From contig JBGAML010000002.1 of the NCBI GenBank assembly GCA_044223005.1, positions 1 through 64,000 of the forward strand: a stretch of DNA of 64,000 nt, written 5' to 3'. The position numbers and the translations under genes are program-made. Of the stretch, positions 1 to 9,378 are shown one piece after another. The notes beneath the pieces are model-generated. The model worked only from the letters and a program-made list of their open reading frames with translations. It was not told the origin of the DNA and searched no databases. The stretch is from Candidatus Eiseniibacteriota bacterium. GTDB lineage: Bacteria; Eisenbacteria; RBG-16-71-46. The number at the start of each line of letters is the position of its first letter. The stretch's first letter is position 1.

Positions 1-2042
1 CCGACGTTGCCCGACCCGCCCGTCTTGTTGACGATGGCGAGCGAGACGTTGTCGAAGTAGCAACCGAACGCCGGGTTGGCGCCGAGCGGGTCGCCGTAGA
101 AGCCGTTGAGCGCGTACAGACCCAGGTAGATGCGGAGCGAGTCCGGCACGCCGGACGCGTTCGAGGTCTGGATCTTGCCCTTCGCCCTGAGCGGCTCGAT
201 ATCGCCGTAGCAGCGGACGTCCGGCTCGTAGAGGATCGTGCCGCCGGCGGTGATGTCGCCCCACGTCCTGGCGCCGTTGGCCTGGGTGTTCGGATACGAC
301 TGCGCCGCCCACCACCAGAACACGCCCGTGTTGCCGAGCGCGTCGAAGTCGCCCGTGTAGACGTCGTAGCGGATGTAGTAGTCATCCGAGCCGCCGACGA
401 TCGCCGACGTGATGCCCATGGGGTTCGGGCTGACGTTCGTCGTCAGGTCGATGGTCGGGGAGATGCAGCCCGAGCGGAATTCGGTGCCGGCGTCGAACGT
501 CGGGTCACCGACTTCGCCGTCCCGGTCCGCGTTGCCCGCATCGAGGACGTTGCCGATCATGTCGCACGTGCGCGTCGCTGCGCCCGGCAGACCGCATGGG
601 TCCTGCCACATCCGGCAGGTCAGCGGCGCCGCGTGCCAGTAGTCCGGCGTCGGGCGGCCGGTCGACTTCCAGTTCGTCACCGCGGTGGCGGAGACGCGGT
701 TGTCGATCGTGTTCGTGCCGCCCTGCTCGCTGCCTTCGAAGTCGCCGAAGTTGCTCGCGGCAGCAGCGCCCCACTGGATCGTGACGTCGTCGATCTGCGC
801 GGCGCCGCGGCTGGCGGAGTCGAAGTTGCCCGTCTGGTCGTCGAACGAGCTGTTCGTCTTGACGCGGAACACGAGACGGACGTTGCCCGTCGGGTTCCCG
901 GCGAAGGTGCGGATGTCGTCGACGGTGCCGGCGTCGACGACGCCCGAGAACGACACGAACCCGGTGGTGTCGCTCGTGGCCGGGTGGGCACCCGCGCGCG
1001 CCATGACTTCGACCATCGGCGCGCCGTTGAACATCTGGAGGACTTCCGAGAACCAGCGGCGCTGCGCGTCGTACACCGGCGCGACGTTGCCGTTCGAGTA
1101 TGTGACCGCGGCGTCGTTGACGGGCACGCCGACGTACACCTGGAACGAGTCGACGATGGGCGTCGGCGCAGCGGCCGCCGCGCTGATGAAGTTGCCCGCG
1201 GCGATGGAGAGCGGGTCGCCGTGGAACCAGCCGATGCGGCCGGTCGTGCTGGTGTTCGCGTCCAGCGACATGCGGGTGCGGTAGAGGAAGGACAGCGTGA
1301 GGGGCTGCCCCGCGACCGGAACCAGGTCGCGATACAGCATCTGGTCCCACTGGCGGCAGTAACCGGGGAAGTTCCTCGCGGTCAGGCCCACGTCCTGGAC
1401 GTTGAATTCGGCGGTGGTCGCGTTGAACGGGTTCTTCGTGACCGGGTCGATCACGCTGTCGTCGCCGTGCTCGCGCAGGCCGCACCACGCCGACTGGTTG
1501 CCGCTCATCGGCGCCCACGTCACCCCGACGCCCGCGTTCCGGCCGGGGTCCGCGTGCCACACGCCGACGACGCCCTTGGTCCGGCCGAGGGAGCCCCGCA
1601 TCGCGTAGTTCACCTGGTTGCCGTGGTCGAGGCCCAGGTAGGAATAGAGGGCGTCGTCGCTGAAGCCGGTGACGGAGCCCTGGCGATCGCCGGTCGGCCA
1701 CCAGCCCTGCAGCGAGTCCGCGAAGCCGGCCGCCATGTTCCGGAGATCGTCGAAGTCCCACAGGGCGTTGCTCGCCAGCGAGACGCCCGGCCGGCAGGTG
1801 CCCGTCCAGATGTTCCACCAGTTGTTCGTGGCGTTGAAGTGGTTCGACGCGGAGTGGCCGACCCACGTGGTGTCGAAGCTCGCGGCCGCGCCGGCCATCG
1901 CCGCGGCGTTCTGCGCCCGGGTCGCGAGGCTCGCGTGCGAACGCTGGTGGCCCACGAACTCGTCCTGGCCGTCGAGCGCGTGGGCCGGGTTCACCAGCGC
2001 GAGGGCCGCGCAGAAGAGCGCGGCGTAGCGGATCGCCTTCAT
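1..2042 (-). CDS. Large secreted protein of unknown function (3' end outside the window)
   Basis: Absent from the ORF track because it runs off the window. Manual translation from ATG 2042, preceded by GGAGGGGG, gives MKAIRYAALFCAALALVNPAHALDGQDEF... (signal peptide with AHA cleavage site) followed by a Trp/Asn/Asp/Gly-rich sequence that appears open to position 1. Confidence 0.8.
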   Translation of the reverse strand, partial: MKAIRYAALFCAALALVNPAHALDGQDEFVGHQRSHASLATRAQNAAAMAGAAASFDTTWVGHSASNHFNATNNWWNIWTGTCRPGVSLASNALWDFDDLRNMAAGFADSLQGWWPTGDRQGSVTGFSDDALYSYLGLDHGNQVNYAMRGSLGRTKGVVGVWHADPGRNAGVGVTWAPMSGNQSAWCGLREHGDDSVIDPVTKNPFNATTAEFNVQDVGLTARNFPGYCRQWDQMLYRDLVPVAGQPLTLSFLYRTRMSLDANTSTTGRIGWFHGDPLSIAAGNFISAAAAAPTPIVDSFQVYVGVPVNDAAVTYSNGNVAPVYDAQRRWFSEVLQMFNGAPMVEVMARAGAHPATSDTTGFVSFSGVVDAGTVDDIRTFAGNPTGNVRLVFRVKTNSSFDDQTGNFDSASRGAAQIDDVTIQWGAAAASNFGDFEGSEQGGTNTIDNRVSATAVTNWKSTGRPTPDYWHAAPLTCRMWQDPCGLPGAATRTCDMIGNVLDAGNADRDGEVGDPTFDAGTEFRSGCISPTIDLTTNVSPNPMGITSAIVGGSDDYYIRYDVYTGDFDALGNTGVFWWWAAQSYPNTQANGARTWGDITAGGTILYEPDVRCYGDIEPLRAKGKIQTSNASGVPDSLRIYLGLYALNGFYGDPLGANPAFGCYFDNVSLAIVNKTGGSGNV

Positions 2043-2191
2043 GGGTACCCCCTCCGGCTGGCCTCCGAGCCGGGGGGGCGGGAAGGTCGCGGGGATGCGA
2101 CGCTCGGAAATCGGGAGGTGGACCCGCTGCTGATTTTCCGCCTCGCGCGCGCTGGACGCCAGCGATTCGCGCGCCGGAGCCGGAACGCGAA

Positions 2192-2223
2192 CGGGGCCCG
2201 TACCCTCGTGGGTGCGGGCCCCG
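2192..2223 (-). terminator. GC-rich hairpin downstream of the TRAP permease; probable intrinsic terminator
   Basis: CGGGGCCCGCACCC-ACGA-GGGTACGGGCCCCG on the minus strand (one mismatch), followed by TTCGCGTT. Confidence 0.5.
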
Positions 2224-2246
2224 GCGCCCAACGTGAGTCGCGGTCG

Positions 2247-4076
2247 CTACTTGCCGAGCAGCCTCAGGATGCCCGTCGTCATCCACGGCATGTACGTGAT
2301 CATCAGGACGCCGATCCCGAGCACGATCAGGAACGGCACCACGTGCCGGTAGAGCTTGGGCAGCGGCTGGTTGAAGCGCGAGGAGGAGAGGAACAGGTTC
2401 AGGCCCACGGGCGGGAACAGGAACCCGAGCTCGAGGTTGGCGAGGAACACGATCCCGAGGTGCACGGGGTCGATCCCGAACGCGGCGCCGATCGGTGCGA
2501 CGAGCGGCGCGAGGATGACGATCGCCGAGTAGATCTCGAGCACGCTGCCCAGCACGAGCAGCACCACGTTGAGCGCGAGCAGGAAGAGGTGCGGCGAGTG
2601 GATGTGCGCCTTGACGCCGGCGAGCAGTGCGTCGGGGATCTGCGCGTCGACGAGCCAGCTCGTGAGGCCCATCGCGCTCGCGAGCAGGATCAGCACGGAG
2701 CCGCAGAGCACGCCGGCCTTGAGCAGCACACCGGGCAGGCCGCGGAAGACGTGGATGTCGCGCGTCACGAAGCACTCGACCACGATCGCGTACGCGAACG
2801 CGATCGCCGACGCCTCGACCATGGTCGCGAAGCCGCTCGTGAAGAGCGCCACCACGAGCACGGGGACCGTGAGCTCCCACTTGGCGCTCCACGCGCTCGC
2901 GACCACTTCGCGCGCCGAGAACGCCTGCCGCGGCGCGCCGACCTGGCCGCCCACGCGCACGCCGTAGAGCGCGACGATCAGTACGAGCAGCGTGCCGGGC
3001 ACGAGCCCGGCGAGGTAGAGCGAGTCCGCGGGGACGTTGGCGACGATCGCGTAGAGCAGCACCGGCAGGCTGGGCGGGAAGAGCAGCCCGAGGCTGCCGG
3101 ATGCGGTCACGAGGCCGAGCGAGAAGCCTTCCGGGTAGCGTTCCTTGAGCAGGATCGGGTAGAGCAGGCCACCCAGCGCGACGATCGTGATGCCCGAGCC
3201 GCCCGTGAACGTGGTGAAGAGCGCGCACACGGCGCACACGAGCACGGCGACGCCGCCCGGCATCCAGCCGAACACCGCGCGGAAGAAGCGCACGAGCCGG
3301 TGCGAGGCGTTGGATTCGGCGAGCACGTAGCCGCACGCGGTGAGCAGCGGAATCGCGGGCAGTGTGGGCGAGACCATGAGCCGGTAGATCTCGGCGGTGA
3401 CCGCCGAGACGGGCGTGCCGTCGCGGAAGAAGAGCACCACCGCGATGCCGCCCATCGCGAGGAACACCGGCGAGCCGACCAGCGTCGCGATCACGATCAC
3501 CGCGAGCAGCGGCAGCCACAGCGCGTGCCCGGCGTTGGGGATCAGCGCGAGCGCGAACGCCGCGCCCACCGCGGCGAACGCGAGCACGCGGCCCTTCCAG
3601 TTCTCCGCCGCTCCCCACGCGAGCCGCACTGCGATCAAGGCGAGCGCGACCGGCATGACGAGCTCGCTGACCCAGATCGGCAGGCCGATCGCCAGCTTCT
3701 CGCCCTGCATGCGATCGGCCATCACCACGCCGACGCCCGAGTAGGCGAGCACGGCGCAGACCGCGGCGGCGATCGCGGACGAGAAGCGCTGAGCGATCAC
3801 GCGCACCCCCGCGTGACCGATCGCCTCGGCGGTCGACAGCGTGAGGTGCCGCCGTTCGCGCGTCGCCAGCAGCCCGCCCAGGAACGCGAGCCACAGCGTC
3901 AGCTGCACGCGGTAGGTGGCCGACCCGGGAATGCCGATGTGGCCCAGCGGCCGGCCGAGCGCGTCCACGAGCGGCAGCACCATGGACGCGAGGAAGGCGA
4001 CGACGAGAATGCCGCCTTCGATGCGGTGCAGGAGTGCGACGGCCGGGTGCGGCCGGTAGGGCGCGGCTTCGTTCAG
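2247..4076 (-). CDS. dctM: TRAP transporter fused small+large permease (DctQM/TatQM)
   Basis: Highly hydrophobic, with DctM motifs (LPAIPLL, SGSLGLLFPPS, GIDPVHLGIVFLANLELGFLFPPVGLNLF) and an N-terminal DctQ-like region. Start is ambiguous: the ORF track gives ATG 3983, but the frame is open to CTG 4076, which has a GGAGG RBS. Confidence 0.88.
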   Translation of the reverse strand: MNEAAPYRPHPAVALLHRIEGGILVVAFLASMVLPLVDALGRPLGHIGIPGSATYRVQLTLWLAFLGGLLATRERRHLTLSTAEAIGHAGVRVIAQRFSSAIAAAVCAVLAYSGVGVVMADRMQGEKLAIGLPIWVSELVMPVALALIAVRLAWGAAENWKGRVLAFAAVGAAFALALIPNAGHALWLPLLAVIVIATLVGSPVFLAMGGIAVVLFFRDGTPVSAVTAEIYRLMVSPTLPAIPLLTACGYVLAESNASHRLVRFFRAVFGWMPGGVAVLVCAVCALFTTFTGGSGITIVALGGLLYPILLKERYPEGFSLGLVTASGSLGLLFPPSLPVLLYAIVANVPADSLYLAGLVPGTLLVLIVALYGVRVGGQVGAPRQAFSAREVVASAWSAKWELTVPVLVVALFTSGFATMVEASAIAFAYAIVVECFVTRDIHVFRGLPGVLLKAGVLCGSVLILLASAMGLTSWLVDAQIPDALLAGVKAHIHSPHLFLLALNVVLLVLGSVLEIYSAIVILAPLVAPIGAAFGIDPVHLGIVFLANLELGFLFPPVGLNLFLSSSRFNQPLPKLYRHVVPFLIVLGIGVLMITYMPWMTTGILRLLGK

Positions 4077-5131
4077 CGGGCGCCTCCGGTGCGGGCGCGG
4101 TACGCGTCACGCTCGCGGCGTGCGAGTTCGAGCACGTCCGGAGGCACGCGGATGCCCTTCATGCCGCCGGCGAAGCGCTCGGCCGACGCGCGGAACTCCG
4201 CCGCGTTCGCGCCGACGACGGGGTTCACCTTGAGGCCGCGCTTCTGCATCTCGGCGACCGCCGTGGTGTCCTGCTTCGGCACCTCGACCTCGAGCCGGTT
4301 CTGCAGCTTCCGGCACGCGGCGAGGATCTTCACCTGGTCCGCGGGCGCGATCTTGGCCCATGCCGACTTCGTCATCACGAGCCCGCCGACGAGCGGCGCC
4401 ATGCCCATGCCGACCATGTTCGGCGTCTGGCGGTACCACTGCAGCGTGAGCCCGAGCAGCGGTGTGGTCGGGTACGAATCGATCATGCCCGTCTGCAGGC
4501 TGCTCATGATGTCGGTCGCGGCGAGCGGCACGGGGTTGAAGCCTTCGGACTTCCAGAGCGACACCATGCGGTCGTCACCGGCCCACACGAACATCTTCGT
4601 CTTGCGCAGGCCGTCGACGGTGGACACGGGCTGCTTGGTGAAGAAGTAGACCCAGCCGCCGTGGCCCCACGCGAGCAGCACGAAGCCCTTCTCCTCGAGG
4701 CGCTGCTTGAGCACCGGCTCGAGCTTGGCGAGCGTGGCGTAGAGCTCGGGGTACGAGGTGAAGAACATCGGGATGTTGAAGACGTTGAACGCCGGATCGA
4801 TGTTCGCGAGCCCGGCCGTCGTCACCGCGGCGGCCTGCAGCTGGCCGATGCGCATCTTGCGCACGAGATCGGGCTCGTCGCCGGCGACGCCGCCGGGGTA
4901 GACACGCAGCGAGACGCGGTTCTGCGTGGCGGCAGCCCAGTCGGCGCCCATCACGCGCATCGACTTGTCCCACACCGAGCCCTCGGGCACGAGCGTGGCG
5001 AGCTTGACGACCTGGCCCTGGGCCGCGGCCGCGCGCGGCGCGAACGCAGGCGCGGCGAGCGCGAGCACGAGGGCGAAGCCGGGGAGGACGGCGGCCGCGA
5101 GGGTGCGGCGGAACGATTCGACGCGACTCAT
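4073..5131 (-). CDS. dctP: TRAP substrate-binding protein DctP (TatP type)
   Basis: Signal peptide, then KLATLVPEGSVW and YPGGVAGDEPDLVRKMRIGQLQAA. ATG 5131 overlaps the upstream stop (ATGA). Confidence 0.9.
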   Translation of the reverse strand: MSRVESFRRTLAAAVLPGFALVLALAAPAFAPRAAAAQGQVVKLATLVPEGSVWDKSMRVMGADWAAATQNRVSLRVYPGGVAGDEPDLVRKMRIGQLQAAAVTTAGLANIDPAFNVFNIPMFFTSYPELYATLAKLEPVLKQRLEEKGFVLLAWGHGGWVYFFTKQPVSTVDGLRKTKMFVWAGDDRMVSLWKSEGFNPVPLAATDIMSSLQTGMIDSYPTTPLLGLTLQWYRQTPNMVGMGMAPLVGGLVMTKSAWAKIAPADQVKILAACRKLQNRLEVEVPKQDTTAVAEMQKRGLKVNPVVGANAAEFRASAERFAGGMKGIRVPPDVLELARRERDAYRARTGGAR

Positions 5132-6120
5132 TTGTTCTCCTGGGTCTGCGTGGTGTCGGGAGCGGTCTCGCCGGACTCGTCGAGGAAGAACTCGTCCTGG
5201 CGGTCGAGCAGCGCCTTCGCCTGCCGCTCGACGACGATGGTGACGAGCCGGTTCGCGGGGTCGCGCTCCGGATCGAACGTGAGTGCCTTTTCGAGCAGCG
5301 AGCGGAACTCCTCGCGGTTCTGCGACTGCACGCACACGCTCTGCGCGAGCGTGACGTAGGGGCCGGGGCGCGAGTCGTGCGAGAGCGTGACGGCCTTCGC
5401 GAAGTGTTCGCGCGCCTTCGCTTCCGAACCGCCCATCGCGGCCGGCAGCGCGTCGAGCACGATCATCGCCTCGTGCATCGCTCCGCCCTGGTAGCCCTCG
5501 TCCAGTGCGATCCCGCGCTCCATGAGCGCGCGGATCGCCGGCAGGTCGGCGAGCAGCTCGGCCTTGTCCTTGCCCAGCGAGATCGCCGAGCCCCACGCGG
5601 CGGCCGTCCAGTACAGCATGGGCACGTCGCGCTTCTGCAGCAGGAGCACCGCCTTCGCGGGATCCTGGCGCAGCAGGGCCGAGATGCCCCTGTAGCGCTT
5701 CTCGAGCCCCCGAAGGCCGTAGTCGCGCGCGCGCAGGTCGAGGTTCAGCGCCCGTTCGTGCAGCGCCTGCGAGCGGGCGTAGTCGCTGTTCACGAGCAGG
5801 TCGCCCTCGGTCTGCACGAACGCGAACGCGTAGCTCGTGTAGCCGCGGCAGAGGGTGAGCAGCAGCCCCTCGTGATCGGGGATCACGGCGAGCAGCGACT
5901 CCATGGTCTTGAGGCCGAACGGCAGCGCGTCGCGCACCAGTTCCGGGTCGTTCTCGGTCCCGTACACATCCGGGCCGCGGGTCAGGGAATCCGCGACCTT
6001 GCGGACGGCGAACTTCTGGACGGAGCACGAGGCGGGCGCCAGCGCGAGCGCCACCAGCGCGATCCCGGCGGCGAGCCGGCGCACCCCGGGCGCGACGGCG
6101 ATCGGGCGAAGTGGGGGCAA
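5128..6120 (-). CDS. tatT: TRAP transporter TatT component (TPR-like lipoprotein)
   Basis: Lipobox-like LAPASC; ENDPELVRDALPFGLKTMESLL, LYWTAAAWGSAIS and MGGSEAKAREHF match TatT; located directly upstream of dctP. Confidence 0.8.
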   Translation of the reverse strand: MPPLRPIAVAPGVRRLAAGIALVALALAPASCSVQKFAVRKVADSLTRGPDVYGTENDPELVRDALPFGLKTMESLLAVIPDHEGLLLTLCRGYTSYAFAFVQTEGDLLVNSDYARSQALHERALNLDLRARDYGLRGLEKRYRGISALLRQDPAKAVLLLQKRDVPMLYWTAAAWGSAISLGKDKAELLADLPAIRALMERGIALDEGYQGGAMHEAMIVLDALPAAMGGSEAKAREHFAKAVTLSHDSRPGPYVTLAQSVCVQSQNREEFRSLLEKALTFDPERDPANRLVTIVVERQAKALLDRQDEFFLDESGETAPDTTQTQENK

Positions 6121-6359
6121 GCGAATCCTCCAACGCCGGAGGTCGGGAGCGTGGGGGATCGGGAGCGCTCCACGGTGACGGCGAACGGTGCACGCTAGCG
6201 TGCGGTGGCGGACACGGTCAAGCCGCGCAGCGCGCGACGCGGGAACGAGTTCCCCGGCGGGATCGGAGGGACTCGCCGGGCGATGACGTGGTGCTAACCT
6301 GCCCCGAAATACCGGCCGGAATCACGACCACCACGCTCCCATCCCGGAAGGCGGACGGC

Positions 6360-7778
6360 ATGAGCTCGACGAACCTGTTCACCCGCAGGGCGGACGACAC
6401 TTCCGGGCCCGTGCTGCCCGCGCGCCGGCTCGAGCGCGTGCTGGGACGCGCCGCGTCCGAGTGGAGCGTGGACGACCTGGTCGGGCTCGTGAAGGAGCAC
6501 TCGATCCGGATCGTCAGCCTGATGCACGTGGGCAGCGACGGCTGGCTCAAGACGCTCGACTTCGTCCCACGCAGCGAGTCGCACCTGCGCGACGTGATCG
6601 AAGGCGGCGAGCGCGCGGACGGCTCGTCGATCTTCGCGGGCACCGGCATCCGCGCCGGGGCGTCGGACATCCTGCTGCGGCCGCGCGTCGCGTCGGCGTT
6701 CCTCGATCCGTTCTCGCAGGTGCCGGCGCTGGTGCTGCTCTGCTCGCACGCCGGCCGCGACGGCGGGCCGCTGCCGGAGTCGCCGGACACGATCGTGCGC
6801 GCGGCGTTCGCGCGCGCGCGCGCCGAGCTCGGGATCGAGCTGCAGGCGCTGGGGGAGGTCGAGTACTTCCTCGGCAAGCGCACGAGCGAGGAGGACTTCT
6901 ACGGCGCCGACGACCGCGGCTACCACGCGAGCTCGCCGTTCGTGTTCGGCGAACGGCTGCGGCGCACGGCGCTGACGCTGCTCGCCGAGATCGGGATCCC
7001 GATCAAGTACGGGCACAGCGAGGTCGGCTACATCCCGGCCTCGGCGAGCGACGACACGATCTGGGAGCAGCACGAGATCGAGATGTCGCTGGCGCCCCTG
7101 CCGGACGCGGCGGAGGCCGTCGTGCTCGCGCAGTGGGTGCTCCGGAACCTCGCGCACCAGGCGGGCATGCGCGCGAGCTTCGACCCGATCATGCGCGAGG
7201 GCCACGCGGGCTCGGGGCTGCACTTCCACTTCTCGCCGGTCGTGGACGGCCGGCCGATGGGCGGGCGCGACGAGGCGGGCCGGCTCTCGGATCCCGGCCG
7301 CTGGCTCGTCGCCGGGCTCGTGCGGCACGGCGGCGCGATGATGGCGTTCGGCAACCGCGTGCCGGGCTCGTTCGTGCGCCTGCGGCAGGGCAAGGAAGCG
7401 CCCACCGCGGTCGCGTGGGGCGAGTTCGACCGGCACGCGCTGATCCGCCTGCCGATCGTCGCGACCGCGCCGGACGGCCGCCTCGTGGGCGCGCCGACGA
7501 TCGAGTTCCGCCTGCCCGACGGCTCGGCGCATCCGCACCTCCTGCTCGCAGGCGTCGCGCAGGCGCTGGTCGAGGCCGCGCGGGCGGGCGAGCTCGACGC
7601 GCTGCTCTCGCGCAGCACGGCGGCGCACGTGCGCGAGCACCCCGACGCGGCGGCTCGCCTGCCGCTCAACGCGCGCGAGATCGCCGGCGCGCTGGGGGCC
7701 ACGCGGCCCGCGCTCGAGGCCGGGGGCGTGTTCCCGGCCGGCATGGTGCAACTGCTGCTCGATTCGCTGCGCGCCTGA
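6360..7778 (+). CDS. Glutamine synthetase family protein (GlnA type I-like)
   Basis: ADGSSIF, EVEYF, KYGHSEVG, EQHEIE, GHAGSGLHFH, EAPTAVAWG, ALIRLP and IEFRLPDGSAHPHL correspond to GS catalytic motifs. Start placed at ATG 6360 (MSSTNLF). Confidence 0.8.
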   Translation: MSSTNLFTRRADDTSGPVLPARRLERVLGRAASEWSVDDLVGLVKEHSIRIVSLMHVGSDGWLKTLDFVPRSESHLRDVIEGGERADGSSIFAGTGIRAGASDILLRPRVASAFLDPFSQVPALVLLCSHAGRDGGPLPESPDTIVRAAFARARAELGIELQALGEVEYFLGKRTSEEDFYGADDRGYHASSPFVFGERLRRTALTLLAEIGIPIKYGHSEVGYIPASASDDTIWEQHEIEMSLAPLPDAAEAVVLAQWVLRNLAHQAGMRASFDPIMREGHAGSGLHFHFSPVVDGRPMGGRDEAGRLSDPGRWLVAGLVRHGGAMMAFGNRVPGSFVRLRQGKEAPTAVAWGEFDRHALIRLPIVATAPDGRLVGAPTIEFRLPDGSAHPHLLLAGVAQALVEAARAGELDALLSRSTAAHVREHPDAAARLPLNAREIAGALGATRPALEAGGVFPAGMVQLLLDSLRA

Positions 7779-7815
7779 ATCCCGCGCGGTCCGCGCGGGA
7801 CCGGCGGGTGGCGCG

Positions 7816-9378
7816 TCAGCGCCGCGCGTCGATCGCCTGCAGCAGCGCGCCCGTGTCGGTCTTGGAGGCGTGACGCGGATCGCGCGGGATGCGGTCGAGC
7901 ACCACGAGCTCGTCGACCGGCGCCGGCGCGACCGCGGCGAGCAGCGCGGCGCGGTCGGCCGCCGCGAGTGGCTCGGCGCGTTCCACGCACAGCATGGCCC
8001 GCGGTCCGCCCGCGCCGGGCCGCACCACGTAGGCCGCGTGCGTGAGGCCGGCCTGCGCGAGCGCGGCCAGTTCCACGGGCAGCGGCCACGTCGTGCGGCC
8101 GTCGCGCTCGATCCGCTGGCCGACCCGGCCCATCAACCAGAGCCGGCCGTCGCGATCGAGCCGGCCGGCATCGCCGGTGCGGTGCCACGTGCGCGCGCCG
8201 TCGCGCACCTTGTGGCGGCGATCGGCGTCCGGGTCGCCGAGGTAGCCGCCGAGCACGTGCGCACCGGCGACGACGATCTCGCCGGTTTCGCCCGGGGGCA
8301 CATCCCACGCGGCCCAACCCGGCGCGTCGAGCGCGATCGGGCCGTCGGTCGCGCGCACGATGCGCAGCGCGAGCTCCTCGACCGGCCGCCCGGCGAGCAG
8401 GCCGTCGGCCGGCGTCGCGAGCGCCGCGGCCATCTCGCGCGCGGGGATCGACGCGATCGGTTCGACCTCGGTGCTGCCGTAGACGACGTGCGCCGCGGTC
8501 CGCGGCAGCGCCGCGAGGCGGCGCGCGAGCGCCGGCAGCACCGGCGCGCCGCCCGTGAAGAGCGCTCGCAGCGGCAGCGGCTCCGGCTCCGGCCCGGGGC
8601 CCAGCAGCGCTTCGAAGAAGGAGGGCGATGCGCTCGCGGTGGTCACCTGCTCGCGCGCGATCTGCGCGAGCAGCACGTCGCGGTCGATCGCGGCGGGCGT
8701 GCGCGGGTCGAACTCGGGCAGCACGCACGTGCAGCCGCTCGCGAGGTCGTGCAGCGCGAAGACGGGCAGTGTGGGCAGGTCGGCGTCGGTCTCGCGCAGG
8801 CCGAGGTGGCGCGCGAGCGCCTCGTGCTGCGCGAGCAGGAACGCGTGCGAGCGCGCCGCGGCGCGCGGCTTCCCGGTCGTGCCGGTCGTGAACGTGACGA
8901 GCGCGGGCGCGTCCGCCGCCACCGGCGTGAGCGGCAGCGTGTCGGCGGCCGCGGCGCCGAAATCGCGCCGCACCCAGAGTGCCCGGCGGATACCGCGCAC
9001 CGCGGGCGAGAACAGCCGCAGTACGTGCGCGCGTGGCGTGCCGAGGAATGCCACCGGCCGCGCGGCCTCGACCGCGGCGTCGAGCCGGCGGCGATCGGCC
9101 CACGCGTCGACGAACACCGCGACGGCGCCCGCGTGCAACGTGCCGAGCAGCGCCACGTAGAGCTCGATCGACATCGGCACGAAGAGCAGCACCGGATCGC
9201 CGGGCGCGACGCCCTCGCGCCGCAGCCGCGCGGCGACGCGCGCCACGCGACGCGCGAGCTCGGCGTAGGAGATCGCGCGCCGCGCACCGCCGCGACCGGC
9301 CACGAGCGCGGGCCGGTCGGGGTGCGCGGCCGCGCGCGCGGCGAGGCGGGCGGCGACGTTGGCGTCGGGCGAGCTCAC
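7816..9378 (-). CDS. AMP-dependent ligase (adenylate-forming, OleC-like)
   Basis: TFTTGTTGKPR P-loop, FTGGAPV, VYGSTEVEP, GEIVVAG and WHRTGDAGRLD; C-terminal IPRDPRHASKTD resembles OleC-family enzymes. GTG 9378 overlaps the upstream stop. Confidence 0.85.
   Translation of the reverse strand: MSSPDANVAARLAARAAAHPDRPALVAGRGGARRAISYAELARRVARVAARLRREGVAPGDPVLLFVPMSIELYVALLGTLHAGAVAVFVDAWADRRRLDAAVEAARPVAFLGTPRAHVLRLFSPAVRGIRRALWVRRDFGAAAADTLPLTPVAADAPALVTFTTGTTGKPRAAARSHAFLLAQHEALARHLGLRETDADLPTLPVFALHDLASGCTCVLPEFDPRTPAAIDRDVLLAQIAREQVTTASASPSFFEALLGPGPEPEPLPLRALFTGGAPVLPALARRLAALPRTAAHVVYGSTEVEPIASIPAREMAAALATPADGLLAGRPVEELALRIVRATDGPIALDAPGWAAWDVPPGETGEIVVAGAHVLGGYLGDPDADRRHKVRDGARTWHRTGDAGRLDRDGRLWLMGRVGQRIERDGRTTWPLPVELAALAQAGLTHAAYVVRPGAGGPRAMLCVERAEPLAAADRAALLAAVAPAPVDELVVLDRIPRDPRHASKTDTGALLQAIDARR

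Noticed and set aside
505..4649. Very long ORF-track entries (e.g. 505-4110 minus, 633-4649 plus, 23141-25228 minus, 30219-33824 minus) rich in Arg/Ala/Gly/Pro
   Set aside because: Shadow and antisense frames expected in very GC-rich DNA; they overlap well-supported genes and carry no motifs.
7816..9378. Olefin biosynthesis (oleABCD) cluster
   Set aside because: Only the OleC-like ligase is present; no OleA thiolase, OleB hydrolase or OleD dehydrogenase nearby.
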